Shown: one piece after another, positions 37,496 through 51,097 of the stretch
How the letters are laid out: each line of letters opens with the position of its first letter
Position numbering within the stretch: position 1 is the stretch's first letter
Assembly (NCBI RefSeq): GCF_963921235.1
Contig: NC_086097.1
Span: 180,050,001-180,114,000, forward strand
DNA length: 64,000 nucleotides
DNA from: Mobula hypostoma
Taxonomy: Eukaryota
Direction: 5' to 3'
Made by a program: the position numbers and the translations under genes
The notes under the pieces: model-generated
Told to the model about the DNA's origin: nothing
Database searches by the model: none
Seen by the model: the letters and a program-made list of their open reading frames with translations, nothing else

Positions 37496-39159
37496 AGACG
37501 TATTTGTTTTGCTGTGCCGTTGGGCTCCATTGACAGAGGCGAGTGGGTTGTCCACGGGGATGATTTCAATTGTACCCTCAAGGAGAGAGATCGCTGTGGT
37601 CCTCAGGGCAGTTGAGAGTCAATGCAGCTGTTGAGGGAGCTGGTTGCTTTGGTCAGCATCTGGCGGAGCCTCCACCCTGACTCCTGTGCCCTCTCCAGAA
37701 CGGGGGGAGGACGAGAAGTTTCGCAACTCGACTGGCTGTATGTTTCCAGGAACAACATCTCCTCTATGTCGGCAGCCTCCATGCAGTCAGTGCTGTTCTC
37801 GGACCCTGCCTGGTCTGGGCGGAGCTTAATCTGCTGCCTACGCAGGCAGGGCCCAAGTACTGGCGTTTGAACAACCGTTTCCTGATTCCGGGTCTCACTC
37901 CATCCATTCCAGGAAGCCTAGAGGAGGGAGCAGAGGAGTTTCCCCTCCCTGAGGCTCCTGTGAGATGTGGACAAAGCTCAAATCCAACCATTTTGAAAGG
38001 AATATGCATGAGGTTAACCAAGAAACAGGTGTCCCAGATTGAGCTGCTCGAGAATGGGGTTGTGGGAAATGATAAATCAGCCATGTTGGAATGGGGGAGC
38101 AGACTCGATGGGCTAAATGGACAAATCTGTTCCTATATCTTATGGTCCTATTTAGTTATGGTGGAGATAATCATACCTTATCAACCTGGTTTTGTGAAAG
38201 GTGAATTATGTTTGACAAATTAGTTCAAATTATTTGAAAATGTGACAAGGAGAGAACCTGCAGGTGTAGTGTATTTAGATTTCCAAAGGACATTAGACAT
38301 GGTGCCACACAGGAGACTGATGCATAAACCAAAAACCTATGGTAAGGAGGAAGTGTTAGTATGGACTGAAAACGGTCTATCTCATCAAAAACCAGGCGTT
38401 TCTAGCTGAGGGGATGTAACTAGTGGAGTACCTCCGTGACCAACTGACCTAAGCATTGTTTTCCCTCCATAGATGCTGCCTGGCCTGCTGAGTTTGTGTG
38501 CTGATCCAGATTTCCAGCATCTGCAGTCTCTTATGTCCTAATTGCTTATTGCACATTAATGAGCTGGAAAAGGGAATATAACGTAAGGTTTCCAAATTTG
38601 CCAATGATACTAAATAGGTGGAAGGGCATGTTGTGATGAGGATATTGCAGCTCTGCAACAGGATATGGAGAGAATGCATGAGTAGCAAAAACATGGCAAT
38701 TGTAGTGTATCCAGGGAAATGAGAGGTCATGCACTTCAGTAAGCGGAATCTGTCAGATCATTATCAAAATGGGGAGAGACTGCAAGTGTGAGAAGTTCAG
38801 AGGAATCGGGGTGGTGCAGTGCATTAATTACAAGCAGTTATCAGGCAGATCCAACGAATAATTGTGAAAATAAGAATTTGAGTCTGTATTGTAAAGGGCT
38901 GGAGTTTATGAACAGTAATCTTTTGTTTCAGTCACTGCTCTGCCTCCCCTTGTTTGAATCTGTCCCACTGGTGAAAACAGCTCAACACCTCTCCTGGTAA
39001 CATGTTGGCGAGGTCACGCATGGAATAGGGGGCACAGTTTTAGCTTCCTTACCTAAAAATGGAATTGTAGCATTGGAGGTGGACCAAAGGAGATTCACTG
39101 GGGTTAGAGAGTTGTCCGATCAAGAGGGGCTAGTCAGTTTGGGTCTGTATTTAGATAGG

Positions 39160-42090
39160 GATAGGGTTGTTGGTTTACAAGCAGATGTAATATATAATGA
39201 GACTGTCAGGACAGACAGATGATAGAGCAAAATTGCAGTCAGTGAGATAGGTTGCAGTGTAAAACGGGGACAAAATTGAGAAGGGTGACAAATACAGGAC
39301 TGAAGGTGTTATATTTGAATGCACACAGTATACAGAATAAGGTAGATGATTTTGTAGCTCAGTTAGAGATTGATAGGTATAATAATTTGGGAATTGCGGA
39401 ATAATAGCTAAAAGCCGATTGTAGTTGGGAGCTTAATATCCAAGGATACATGATCTATTGAAAGGACATGTAGGATGGCAGAGGAGGTGGTGCGGTTCTG
39501 CCGGTAAAAAAACTGAAATCGAATCTTTAGAAAGAGGTGACATAGGATTGGAAGATGTAGAGTTCTTGTCATAGAGTTAAGAAACTGTAAGGATAAGAAG
39601 ATCCTGATGATGATCTGGTCTAAAAATTACAGTGGACGACAGTAAAAGCATGTCAACAAGGCTATGTTAAGTTAGTCACGGGTATTTAAATATGCAGATA
39701 GATTGGGAAAATCAAATTGACGCTGGATCCCATGAAAGAGAATTTGTGGGATGGTTTTTGGAGCAACTTGTGGTTGAGCCCAGTAGGGGGTCAGCTATTT
39801 TGGATTGGGTGTTGTGTAAAGAACCAGGTTTGATTAGGGAACTTAAGGTAAAGGAACCCTTAGGAAACAGACCATAATATGATAGAATTCACCCTGAAAT
39901 TTAAGAGGGAAAAGCTAACTTCAGATGTGTCAGTATTGCAGTGGAGTAAAGGGAATTACAGAGGCATGAGAGAGGAAGGTGGCCAAAGCTGATTGGAAGG
40001 GCACACTAGCAGGAATGATGACAGAGCAGCAATAGCTGGAGTTTCTGGGAGTAATTCGGAAGGCACAGGATAGATACATCCCAAAGAAGACTGTATTCTA
40101 AAGGCAGGATGATGCAACCATGGCTGACAAGGGAAGTCAAAACCAACATAAAAGCAAAAAGGAGGGCGTATAACAGAACAAAAATTAGTGAGAAGTTAAA
40201 TTATAGGGAAATTTTTATAAAAACCAACAGAAGGCACCTAAAAAACCATAAGGGGAGAAAAGATTAAATATGAAGGTAGTTTAGCCAGTAATATCAAAAA
40301 TGATACCAAAAATTTTCAGATACAGGTTAAAAGAGAGGCAAGTGTAGTTATTGGACTACTGGAAGATGACACTGGAGAGATGGTAATGGGAGACAAGGAA
40401 ATGGCAGACGATCTGAATAAGTATTTTGCATCAGTCTTCACTGTGAAAGACACTAGTAGTGTGTTGGAAGTCCAAAAGTGTCAAGGGATAGAAGTGAGTG
40501 CAGTTGCTATTACTGGGGAGTTGGTGCTTGGGACACTGAAAGATCTGAAGGTAGATAAGTCACTTGGACCCAATGGACTACAGCCCTGTGTTCTAAATGA
40601 GATAGCTGAACAGATCATGGAGGCATTGGTAACATTACTTCAAGAATCAATAGATTTTGGCATGGTTCTGGAGGACTGGAAAATTGTAAATGTCACTCCA
40701 CTCTCCGAGAAGGGAGGGATGCAAAAGAAAGGAAATTGTAGACCAGTTAGCCTGACCTCAGTGATTGGGAAGATGTTGGAGTTGATTGTTAAGGATGTGG
40801 TTTCAGGGTACTTGGAGTCACATAATAAAATAGGCCAAAGTCAGCATGATTTCTGTAGGGGAAAATCTTACTTGACAAATCTATGGGAATTCCTTGAAGA
40901 AATAAAAATCAGGATAGATGAAGGAGAATCGGTGGATGTTGTGTACTTGTATTTTCAGAAGGCCTTTGACAGGGTGCCACACATGATGCTGCTAAACACA
41001 CTACGAGCACATGGTATTACGGGAAAGATTCTAGCATGGAGAAAGCAGTGGCTGATTGGCAGGAGACAAAGGGTGGGAATAAAGGGAGTCTTTCCAGATT
41101 GGCAGCTGGTGACTAGTAGTGTTCCACAGTGGTCTGTGTTGGGACCAATTCTAATTACGTTGTGTGTCAACGATTTGGGTGATGAAATCGATGGCTTTGT
41201 GGTAAAGTTTGTGGACAGTACAAAGATTGGTGGTGTTGAGGAAGCAAGAGGGTGCAGAAGGACTTCGATTAGGAGAACGAGCAAAGAAATAGCAGATGGA
41301 TTACGGTGTAGAGAAGTGTATCGTCATGCATTTTGGAAGAAGAAATTAAAAAAAGAGTTGATTATTTTCTAAATGAAGAGAAAATTCAAAAATCCAATGT
41401 TAAAGGGATTTGGGAGTCCTCGTGCAGGGTTCCCTAAAGGTTAATTTACGGGTTGAGTCAGTGATGAGGAAGGTGAATGCAATGTTAGCATTCATTTTGA
41501 GAGGACTAGAAATATAAAAGCAAGGATATAACATTGAGGCTTTATAAAGTATTGGTGAGGCCTCACTTGGAGTATTGTGAGCAGATTTTGACCCCTTATT
41601 TAAGAAGGGATGTGCTGACATTGGAGAGGGTTCAGAGAAGGATCATGAAAATTATTCCAGGAATCAAAGGGTTATCATGTGAGCAGCAACTGATGGCTCT
41701 GGTCCTGTACTCGCTGGAATTTAGAAGAATGGGGGGGCGGGGTTCTCAATGTTGAAAGGCCTAGGTAGAGTGGATGTGGAGAGGATGCTTCCTATGGTGG
41801 GGGAGTCTAGGACCAGAAGGCACAGCCTCAAAATAGAGGGTCATCCATTTAGAATAGAGATGAGGAGGAATTTCTTTAGCTAGAGAGAGCTGACTCCGTG
41901 GAATTCGTTACCACAGGCGGCTGTGGGCGCCTGGTGCATTTAAAGCAGAGGTTTATAGGTTCTTGACAAGTCAAGACATGAAAGGTTATGGGGAGAAGAC
42001 AGGAGAATGGGGTTGCGAGGGAAATGGATCAGCCATGAAGAAAAGGCAGAGTAAGCGATGGGCTGAATGGCCTAATTCTCTTCCTATAGA
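39160..42090 (+). mobile_element. Decayed CR1 ORF2 (APE + RT + 3' end)
   Basis: YLNAHSI, VEPSRGSAILDWV, ORF 40380..41372 with [42 protein letters not shown]. Confidence 0.92.
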
Positions 42091-42593
42091 AGAATGAGGG
42101 GTGACCTTATTTAAACATATAAGATCCTAAGGAGGCTTGACAGGAGATGTTGAGATGTTTCCACTCGTGGGAAAATCACAAACAAGGGGCCAGAGCTGCA
42201 AAATAAGGGGCTGATCAATTAAAGCTGAGGTGTGTAGAAATACCTCCTCTCAGAGGGAATGAATCTCTGGAACTCTGCCCCAGAAGGAGGTGGAGTCTGG
42301 ATCATTGGATGTATTTAAGGTGGAAATAAATCAATGTTCCAAAACTCGAGGAGTTGAGACCAGCATGGACAGCTATGATTATACTGAATGCTGGGCAAAC
42401 TTGATGGGCTGAGTGGCCTACTTCTGCTCCTATTTTATGTTCTTGTCTTGAGAAATTTAGTCATTTGAGAGAAAACTGTTGAAATTCTACTTTTATTTAA
42501 TACTGAAAAATGGACAAATGTATGATATCCTTCCACCAGTAGAACTTCTGAAAAGCATTCTGTTAGAGAAAAAGATTGTGTTCTTTGTTTCAG

Positions 42594-42692
42594 GATGGGG
42601 CGACCTCACTCTTTCTGGCTGCACAGGGAGGTCATCTCAAAGTGGTTCAACAGCTCCTGTCAGCAGGAACAAAGATTGACCTACCAAGGCAG
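42594..42692 (+). CDS. ANKRD29: ANKRD29 coding exon 6 (DGATSLFLAAQGGHLKVVQQLLSAGTKIDLPRQ)
   Basis: ttctttgtttcag| ... |gtacgg; 99 nt ankyrin repeat. Confidence 0.95.
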
Positions 42693-45600
42693 GTACGGAC
42701 ACTGTTGGACTATCAGAGAGAAATATGCAAGAAATCATTCCAGCTGCAACCAATCTGACCTAGCATTGCATTGTTCCTCTATGAAAGGCCAAGGGACGTG
42801 GCAAAGGGATCATCTAGTGCTCTGCTTGTTGGACAATGGTGGGGAATCCTACAGGACCTTTAGGTGTAGAATGCAATCCCAAAAGTGAAACTTTACATCA
42901 GTAAACAGATTCATACTTTCTGTAAAGTATTCTTCAAAGGCAAAGTGCAGTGAAAAACATATTTGCAGCAGCATTAAAGGCACATAGGATAAGCAGTAAT
43001 CACAAGAAAAGTGCATATTGAACATAAATGATACATGATTTTTATAAGAAAGAACATAATTAGAAGAAAAAAATTACCAAGGGTTAAAAAAATCATGTGC
43101 AGGCATAAATGATATAGTTTAATTTGGCATCTTGTGTTCTATGTTCTGTGTTCTAATCAGACAGCTGCTAACACCATTCGTCTAGGTGCACATGGACTAA
43201 TAGAGTCATACAGAATGGAAACTGGCTGCTTGGCCCAACTGGACCATGCCGACCGAGGTTCCAGTTTGGCCTATATCCCTCTATATCTTCCCTGTCTATG
43301 TACCTATCCAAGTGCCTTTTAACTGCTGATAATGTACTGGCTTCAGCCACCTCCTCTGGCAGATCATTCCATATATAGATCACCCTCTGGGTGAAAAATT
43401 TGCCCCTCAAGTTCCTAGTAATTTTTCCCCTCTCACTTTACCCCTATGCTCCCTAGTTCTTGAAAAGGCTGAGGGCATTCACCCATCTGTGCCAGACGTC
43501 TTGGATCTTTGAAACAGGCGCTGGATTAGTCTGTCTCTCCTACCTTCCACCGCTCTAGGATTCTTGCCCTTAATGGGTTTATCCAATCCTATTAAATCTG
43601 CTGGATTTTAGAAGAGGGGCAGGAGACTTGGAAACTTAAAGCCCCTGAGGAGCCTTGACAGGGTTGATGTGGAGACAATCCTTTATCCTCTGGAAGAATC
43701 TCAAATGGATGGTCATTTATTAGAAGTAAGAGCCACCATTTGTAAGACACAGATTCGGCATAGGTCTTTTTTCGCTCCATTGGGGTTCGGTAGCTGTCGA
43801 ACCTTTCCAAAAGCTGGTGGCTGGCAAAAGGGTTACCATGGGTGAATGCGAATGGGAAGTTGAAGTCAGTCAAAGCAAAGTAAGTGGAATAGAATACTGC
43901 CCTGAAGTTACAAGTTCATACCTGTTCTGTTGACCTATCAAGCTGTACATCGATAGATCATAACAGTGGGAACAGTGAGTTCTTCTTGTGCTGAGGGAAT
44001 TAAAGGTACTGAGAACTGTAAATCCCCTTGGCTTTATCTACCTGTACTAAAGTAGTTATTACTCTCCAGAATTCTGTAAATTGTGGAACAGTTCCTTCAG
44101 TGCTTTAGTGGAAAGAACACAAAGAGAGACCAAGGTGGCAATTTGGGCCAGCCCTATGGTTTCATAAAAGGAGATGGAAACCAGGAACTACAGCCCATAC
44201 ATATGAAGTCAATAGTAGGGAGAATGCCAGACAAAGTCAGCATGCACCTCTCAAGGGGAAATCATGCTTCAGAATCAGATTTATTATCACTGATGCATGT
44301 TGTAAAATTTGTTGTTTTGCAGCAGCAGTACAGTGCAAGACATTAAAAAAATACTTCAAGTTACAAACGTAAATAGTGTAAAAGAGGAATAACAAGATTG
44401 GTCCATGAACCCTTTTTCAGAAGCTGTTCCTGAATCATTGAGTGTGGGTCTTCAGGCTCCTGTACCCATCTCAGTAGTAGTAACGAGAGGAGCGCATGTC
44501 CAAACAGTGAGAGTCCTCAGTGAGGGAGACCACCGGAGTGTTTTTGAGGATGTAACTACAGTAGTGCAGCAAATAGTCATTGAGTCATACATTATGGAAA
44601 TAGGCCATGGTGCCCACCAAGCTAATCCTTTTTCCCAGCATTTGGCCCATATCCCTTTGAAGTTTCCACTCCAAGATAAGGAAGGTGGAGTGGATGTGGG
44701 GTCTCCAATGTGAGGTTAGTGTATACCAGTAAAGCACGTGGAACTGTAAGTCATGTACTGGGATTGACAGGAAAAGTCAAAAGAGAGGGTAGGAAAGAAC
44801 AGGCCTTTCCTGGTTGGACAGGCAGGACCCCACAATAAGAGATTGAGCCTCAGTTACTCACAATGATTTGGTGAAGGGAAATAGATGTATTATTTCTGAG
44901 TTTGGTGACAAGACTGAACTGGGTGGGATTGAACAGCGAAGAGGGTGGAAAGTGGATTTATGATGACTTCGACAAACAGAGCGAGCAGGTGAGATGTGGG
45001 AGTCAATGTAAAATGATCACTTCAACAGGATAGAGAGCCAGGTGTTGTTTAAAACAGTGTTAGCTTGGAAGGTGTTGTGTACAAAGAGATGTTGGGTGTC
45101 CTGATACACCAAGCGATGAAAGCAAACCTGCATGTCCAGCAACAGGTAGTATGCCAGCCTTGTAGTGAGTCTCTGTATATGAGCAGGGGAGTCCCGGTGG
45201 TTCTATGGTCTTTGGGGAGGCTGCACTAGGAGTGTATGAGTAGCATGGTAGTGTTGTGGAATTGTAGTAATCGGGATTCAGTTCCCACTGTTGTATGTAA
45301 AGAGTTTGTATGCTCTCCCCGCAACTGTATGGGAGAGATAAGACTGACCAGATCTGTGTTCACCACAGTGTATCAGAATGAATGGGGATCGCACTGAAAC
45401 TTCCAACGGTTTGTCAGGGTTAGACAGACTGAATGTGGGGAGAGGTTTCCCCAGCCGAGGCACCTATAAACAGGGTCACGTTCTCAGGATGTGCGGTAAG
45501 GCACGTCATTGCAAACAAACATGTCACCCTCTTATAGGAAGGATGCGGTTAAACTGGGGAGAGTGCAGAAGAGATTTCTGAGGATGTTGCCGGCTCTAGA

Positions 45601-45915
45601 GGACATGAATTATAGAGAGTGTTTGGCCAGGCTTGGTCGTTATTCCTTGGAGTACTGAAGAATGAGGGGCAACATTATAGAAGTGTTTAAAAGTTAAGAG
45701 AGGCATAGAAAAGGTGGACGTTAATAGATAGGGGAGTTCACACTAGGTTCAGGGTGAGAGGGGAGAGATTTAAAAGGGACATGAGGGGCAACTTTTTCAC
45801 TCAGGGTGGTGAATGTAAGGAACGTGCTGACAATAGTCACATTTGAGAAGCACTTGGATAGGTACATGGAGGGGCAGGGCTTAAAGGGATATGGGACATT
45901 AGAAGCAACTAGGTT

Positions 45916-46268
45916 TACCCTTCTTGTTTTTTTTTCACTGTTTTTAATGGAGGTCGGGATTGAGGACGTGATTTTAAGTTTAACTCTGTTTGGTTTCAAG
46001 TTAGCCCATTGCTTTGCTTTGCTTTTAGTTAGTTGCACGGTGGGGTTTTTTTTGGGGTTTTTTTTTTCTTTTTTTTCCATTGATATATATAAAATTTAGT
46101 ATACTATTATGTTATCTTGGTTTCTTATGTTTAAATTACATTGTTTGTAGTATTTTTTTTTGGTATTGATACCTTTTGGAATTTTATTATACTTTAACAT
46201 TGTATTAATGTTTATATGGCTTACCTTTTTTGTATACTTATTCAATAAAAAGATTTAAAAAGAAAGAA
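45916..46268 (+). mobile_element. L1/Tx1-type LINE 3' UTR insertion (353 bp) with 15-bp TSD
   Basis: Exact direct repeat AGAAGCAACTAGGTT at 45901-45915 and 46269-46283; T-rich body; AATAAA followed by an A-rich (GAAA)n tail; interrupts a CR1 tail. Confidence 0.85.
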
Positions 46269-47256
46269 AGAAGCAACTAGGTTGTCTGCATGGACTAGTA
46301 GGGTCAAAAGGCCTGTATCTAAGCTCTATTGTTCTGTGACTCTTATGTTGGACAAAGATGAGGAGACATCTCTTCACTCAGGATGGTGAACCTGTGAAAT
46401 TCTCAATCATAAGGGGAATCAGTTAATATATTTGTCAGTAGATCTTGGATATTGTGAGGAGGAAAGCTTGAAGGAGATGTGGTGAGCAAGATTTTATTTT
46501 CCACAGAGCATGGTGGGTACCTTGAATGGGCTGCCAGGGGTAGTGATGGAGGGAGATACAATAGAGATGTTTAAAAAGCTGTCAGACAGACGCGTGAATA
46601 TACAGGAAATGGAAGGGTATGGATCCTATGCAGGCAGAAGGGATTATAGTTCAGTTTTGCGTCAGCTCAGCAAGGACCAGATGGGCCAAAGGGCTGTAGT
46701 AATGTATGATTCTATGCATGTTCAGCTCAAACATTGTGGATTGAAGGGCCTGTTCCTTTGCTGTACTGCTGTATTTCTAGATCCATTTTCAGATACAATG
46801 GCATCCCTTGGTACGAGGAGAGAGCAGGAACATTGCAGTGAGAGAGAGGATCTGTTTGAACGGGAGAGCAGGTCTGAAGGCCCAAATGTCCTGGTTTCTG
46901 TGCTTGACCATTTCAGGCCTGTCCAGCCAGCCTCCCATCCACATCCATTCAGCCATCACTCAACATCTGCTAACTACCACTGGCTACCACACCAGCTGTA
47001 TTTCTTGTTTAAGGCTCATCCTTATTTTCCACCACCTCTACAGCATTGCTCCTACCTTAACCAGCATGCTAAATCCAGCTCCATGTCCTCCAAGATATTC
47101 CCCAATTCTGACACCCCATGCCCTGTTGCTTTCATTTGCCCCTTCATAAGTAACAAGCCCACAGCTGACTGAACATCACAATCTGGAGCCCTCCAGCCCT
47201 CACCTGATTGAAAACATCCTTGACCAGTTTTTAGAGCAGTACAGGCCCTTTGGCCC

Positions 47257-47484
47257 TGTGGTAAACCATATATATGTTGTAACTGGGTTAACGTCTGGAC
47301 ATGCCCCTCTGCTGACTGCCCCTGTGGCTCCTCCCACAGACCCCTAAATAAAGGTGATTCCGCCTTGCCCCTCCCCCTCAGTCTGGGGGCAGACACTCAA
47401 CATGGAGGTCGTATTGTACAGCGAATAAAAGCCTTTCAGTATTTTACCCAACTTCAGTCTTTTGGAGTTATTGAAGGTGCTTCA
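47257..47484 (+). mobile_element. Short solo LTR (228 bp) with 5-bp TSD
   Basis: TG...CA termini; GGCCC duplicated at 47252-47256 and 47485-47489; TATA-like taaataaa at 47345; AATAAA at 47424; splits a CR1 tail motif. Confidence 0.85.
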
Positions 47485-48522
47485 GGCCCGTGATGTTGTG
47501 CTGACCTATGTACATAAACCTACTCTGTGATCAATCTAACACCTCCTCCCCTACATAGCCCAGAGTGCACCATTTTTCTTACATCCACGTACCTGTCTGA
47601 GAGCCTTTTAAATGTTATCAGCCTCTACTTCCTCTCCTGAAATTTGTTGTTTTGCAGCAGCAGTATGGTGCAATACATTTAAAATACTATAATACCATCA
47701 GTCCAGACACCCACCACTCTGTGTAAAACAAAGACCTACCTTCGAAATTTCCGCTAAACTTTCCTCCACTCACTTTAGGTGGATCTCTTCTGGTATTAGC
47801 CACTGTCACCCTTGGGGAAAAGGTGCTGGCTGTTCACTCTATCTATGCCTTTGAAAATCTTATACGCCTCTATAAAGTCACCTCTCATCCTCCAAAGTAA
47901 AAGCCCTCACTTGCTCTGTTTTTCCTCTTAAGACATGCTCTCTAATCCAAGCAGCAGTCTTGTAAATCTCCTCTGCACCCGCTCTAAAGCTTCCAAATCC
48001 TTCCTATAATGATGCGGCAAGAACTGAACAGAATACTCCAAGTGTGGTCTAACGAGTGGTTTTATAGAGCTGCAACATTACCTCACAGATCAACTCAGCC
48101 CAATCCCCTGACTGATGAAGGCCAAGCACACTATACAGCTTTTTAACCACTTTATCAGCTTTAGATCTCCTTTACTTCATTCGTTGCTAGGCCTTCGTAC
48201 CCACTGAGAAAATGCGGGTGAACTGCATCCCCAAGCCACTGCTCTCTTTCTGGTGAAAGTGTTCCACTGCACTGCTGATGAGGGTACTTCCAGGATACAG
48301 ACCCAGTGACAGTGAATGGCTGGCAGTTTATTTTTGTGCTGGTGTGTTGTGCGTCTGAGAGGGGAACCTGCTGGTGGGGGTGCTCCCTTTATCACCCGTG
48401 GTGGGAGAGGTGATGGGTTTGAGAGGCGTTGTCAGAGAAGCATGGGCAAGTGCACCAGAGTGGAAGCTGTCTCTGCCCTTCTTGAGTCCTTTCATTCTAA
48501 CACTTCCTCCTTGTCTGCTCAG

Positions 48523-48621
48523 GATCTAACCACGCCGCTGTGGATTGCGACGCAGATGGGGCACATCGATATCGTGAAGCTGCTACTCCAACATGGAGCG
48601 AGTTCGGATACTGCTCGCCAG
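48523..48621 (+). CDS. ANKRD29: ANKRD29 coding exon 7 (DLTTPLWIATQMGHIDIVKLLLQHGASSDTARQ)
   Basis: ccttgtctgctcag| ... |gtcaga; 99 nt ankyrin repeat. Confidence 0.95.
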
Positions 48622-48754
48622 GTCAGACGTCACTTTGCAAAAGGAGCAACTCTCTTCGTCCTCTGGTTCGAACAACTTGGTGAAGGAACATTGACCCAGG
48701 AACGTGAGAGGGCTGGCATACATCTAGGGCGTGGAGTCACACACTACAGTTTGT

Positions 48755-49335
48755 ATGCCAGTCCGGGCATCGACAGTAAGAGTTGGGATGTCAGATTGCA
48801 GTTGTATAACTCATTAGTGAAGCCATATTTGGAGCACTTTGTGCAGTTATAGTCACTCTGTTATAGGAAAGATGTGATTAAACTGGAAAGGATGCAGAGA
48901 AGATTTACAAATCTACAGGACTTGATTATGGGGAGAGGTTGGCCAAGCTAGGGCTTTATTACTTACAGTGTAAGACACATGAGGGGTGGCATTATAGAAG
49001 CATCTAAAATCATGAGGGGCAAAGATAAGGTGAATGGTAACTGTCTTTTTCCCAGGGTAGGGGAGTCCAAAGCTAGGGGACACAAATTTAAGGTGAGAAG
49101 GAAAAGATTTAAAAGGGACTTGAGAGGCAACTTTTTCACCCCAAGGGTGGTGAGTATATTGATCGAGCTGCCACAGGAAGCGGTTGGGACAAGTACAACA
49201 ATATAATTTAAGAAACCCTTGGACTGGTACATGGAGGGGTGGGGCTCAGAGAGATACGGATCGAAAATAAGAAACTGTGACTAGCTGAGAGGGCACCATG
49301 GTTGCCATAGACTTGGGCCGAATGGCCTGTATCTA
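48755..49335 (+). mobile_element. CR1 3' fragment
   Basis: LQLYNSLVKPYLE, LFPRVGESKARGHKFKV..FFTPRVV. Confidence 0.85.
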
Positions 49336-49913
49336 AACATTTTTGCTCAAAAACTCTATGACTAATAAATAGGAATATTTGCAATTGAAAACAGAAAATA
49401 TTGGAAACATTCAACAGGTCAGGCAGCATCTGTGGAAAGAGGATGAGGTGGGTTAATACTTCAGGTTGGAGTTCTATTTCTAAAGCTCAATGTCCTTCTT
49501 GTGAAGAGAGTCCCCAGTGTTAGGGAGCGAGTTCTGGGGCTCAAATCCGTGACATTGAAAGATGGTGCAACACCTGGAGGGGATTCTACAGGTGGGAATG
49601 TCTCTGCAGAGTTTGGGAGGGGCTGTTGGAGTGGGCTGGGTGAGTAAATGCGGCGCATTTGTAGGTGGTGCATGCTGTAGCCTCTGTATATTAGTGGCAG
49701 AAGCTGCAAACATTGCTTCAAAAGGCCAAATCGATTTCCGACAGACTGGCAAAGTCCGTTACTCTCCATGACCCACTGTGACCCTCCAGCTTTTTGCGTT
49801 GAACTTGAACTGTTAGTTCAACAGCAATGCTCGGACATGAATGTTTCTAATAGTAAATGATACCTGTGTTAACAAATGGGAATTCCTTGCTTATAATTGT
49901 TATTCTCTCTAAG

Positions 49914-50009
49914 GATGGCTCCACACCGTTATTCAAAGCTGCATACAAAGGGTTTACAGAAGTCGTTCGGGAGTTATTAACATTTTCTCCCTCTCTGGGA
50001 GTTCTAAAG
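49914..50009 (+). CDS. ANKRD29: ANKRD29 coding exon 8 (DGSTPLFKAAYKGFTEVVRELLTFSPSLGVLK)
   Basis: tattctctctaag| ... |gtaaaa; 96 nt; FSPSLGVLK matches ANKRD29 FSPTLGILK. Confidence 0.95.
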
Positions 50010-50843
50010 GTAAAATCTCAATTGCTTTTTTCAGAAGGGTTTATTTCAGAAACAGTACTATCTGGTACATATAAGGATAAGCATTTAGTTATCAGTAATC
50101 ACCATTTAGTTTTTAATCCAGATATTCTCTCACTCAGTCTAGCTTTCTTCCAAATCCACAATCAGTTCCATGATCTTATAGTGCAGTTAAAACCTAGAAC
50201 TGGACAGCACAGGAAAAGGCCCTTTAACCCACCTTCTGCTGAACTAATAAAGCTACTGATGCCTAACTAACTAATCCTTCTGCCTGCACATGGTCCATAT
50301 CCCTGCCGTAAAAATGAACTTTAAACATATATTGATGCTATAAGTTTAAAACTGGAAACTCACAGCAGCTTGGGTGCCATCTGTGGAGAGGGAGGCAGAA
50401 TTAACATTTCCAGCCAAGGGGCCTTCCCTACTCCAGCATCTTATGTAGGTTCAAAAAGTTGAGTTTATTGTCAGAGGCACAGGTGCAATGAAAAACTTAC
50501 AGCCGGCACACAGCATCAGATTAGTACAAGAAAAACATAAATTATATGCAATATTTACAAGAAAGAGCACACTTAGAACAAGGCAAAGCAAAAAGCAAAG
50601 TCAATTTTAGTGCAAAATACCAGGAGTGGTCATGGTGTCAGCTGTTCTATCAGAGCAGATAGCTTCTACAAGTTGGAGCAGTGTGCTGGTATTTGAATGC
50701 ACTCCAGAGGGGTACTTAAGTCTACTGAGATGGAATTGAAATCATGTAGCCTGTCGGAGCTGTTCTCCTTCACCTGCCAAAACACCAGTTGCTTCAACAA
50801 CTCATGGCCATGTTTTCTTTAATAGAAGGTGGGACTCAACCTT

Positions 50844-51097
50844 TGGCCGGCCAGTGGCGTAGGGGCATCAGCGCTGGACTTCAGGGCGAGGGGTTCCGAG
50901 TTCGAATCCGGCTGTCTCTCTTGGACGCTCTCCATCCGTGCCTGGATTGAGTGTCGAGCTAACAACTCAACCTCGTAAAAAAAAAACCTGGAGAGGGATG
51001 GGCTCCGCCAGGTTTCAGATGCCCAAGACACGCCGTACGATGAGCATACCCAAAGCTTGCCCTGACGGCGTCCCAACGACTCCACCAGGAGTTAAGG

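Larger units (their letters stand above)
34547..38030 (+). mobile_element. Decayed Tx1-clade (L1 group) LINE: ORF1 plus APE part of ORF2, 3'-truncated
   Basis: ORF1 from ATG 34547 (ISYAGFVA..LITL*KNVVHC..QKVTLCNVH); degenerate zinc knuckle *HACKEFGNMGKNC at 35118-35159; ORF2 ATG at 37000 (MKVTVASINI), FLQETH 37084-37101, GDDFNCTL, WRSLHP, SQLDWLYVS, LFSD, YWRLNN. Confidence 0.8.

Noticed and set aside
1602..41372. Multiple RT ORFs as a retron, DGR or other prokaryotic RT system
   Set aside because: All carry CR1 or Rex1/Babar LINE signatures in a spliced-gene vertebrate context; no template/variable repeats or operon structure.
46510..47172. 220-aa ORF in intron 6
   Set aside because: Patchwork of CR1 3'-end and other repeat remnants; no coherent domain or splice support.
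50845..50915. Genuine tRNA gene
   Set aside because: Has A/B boxes but continues into an unrelated body and CA tail with TSDs, i.e. a SINE head; no oligo-T terminator.
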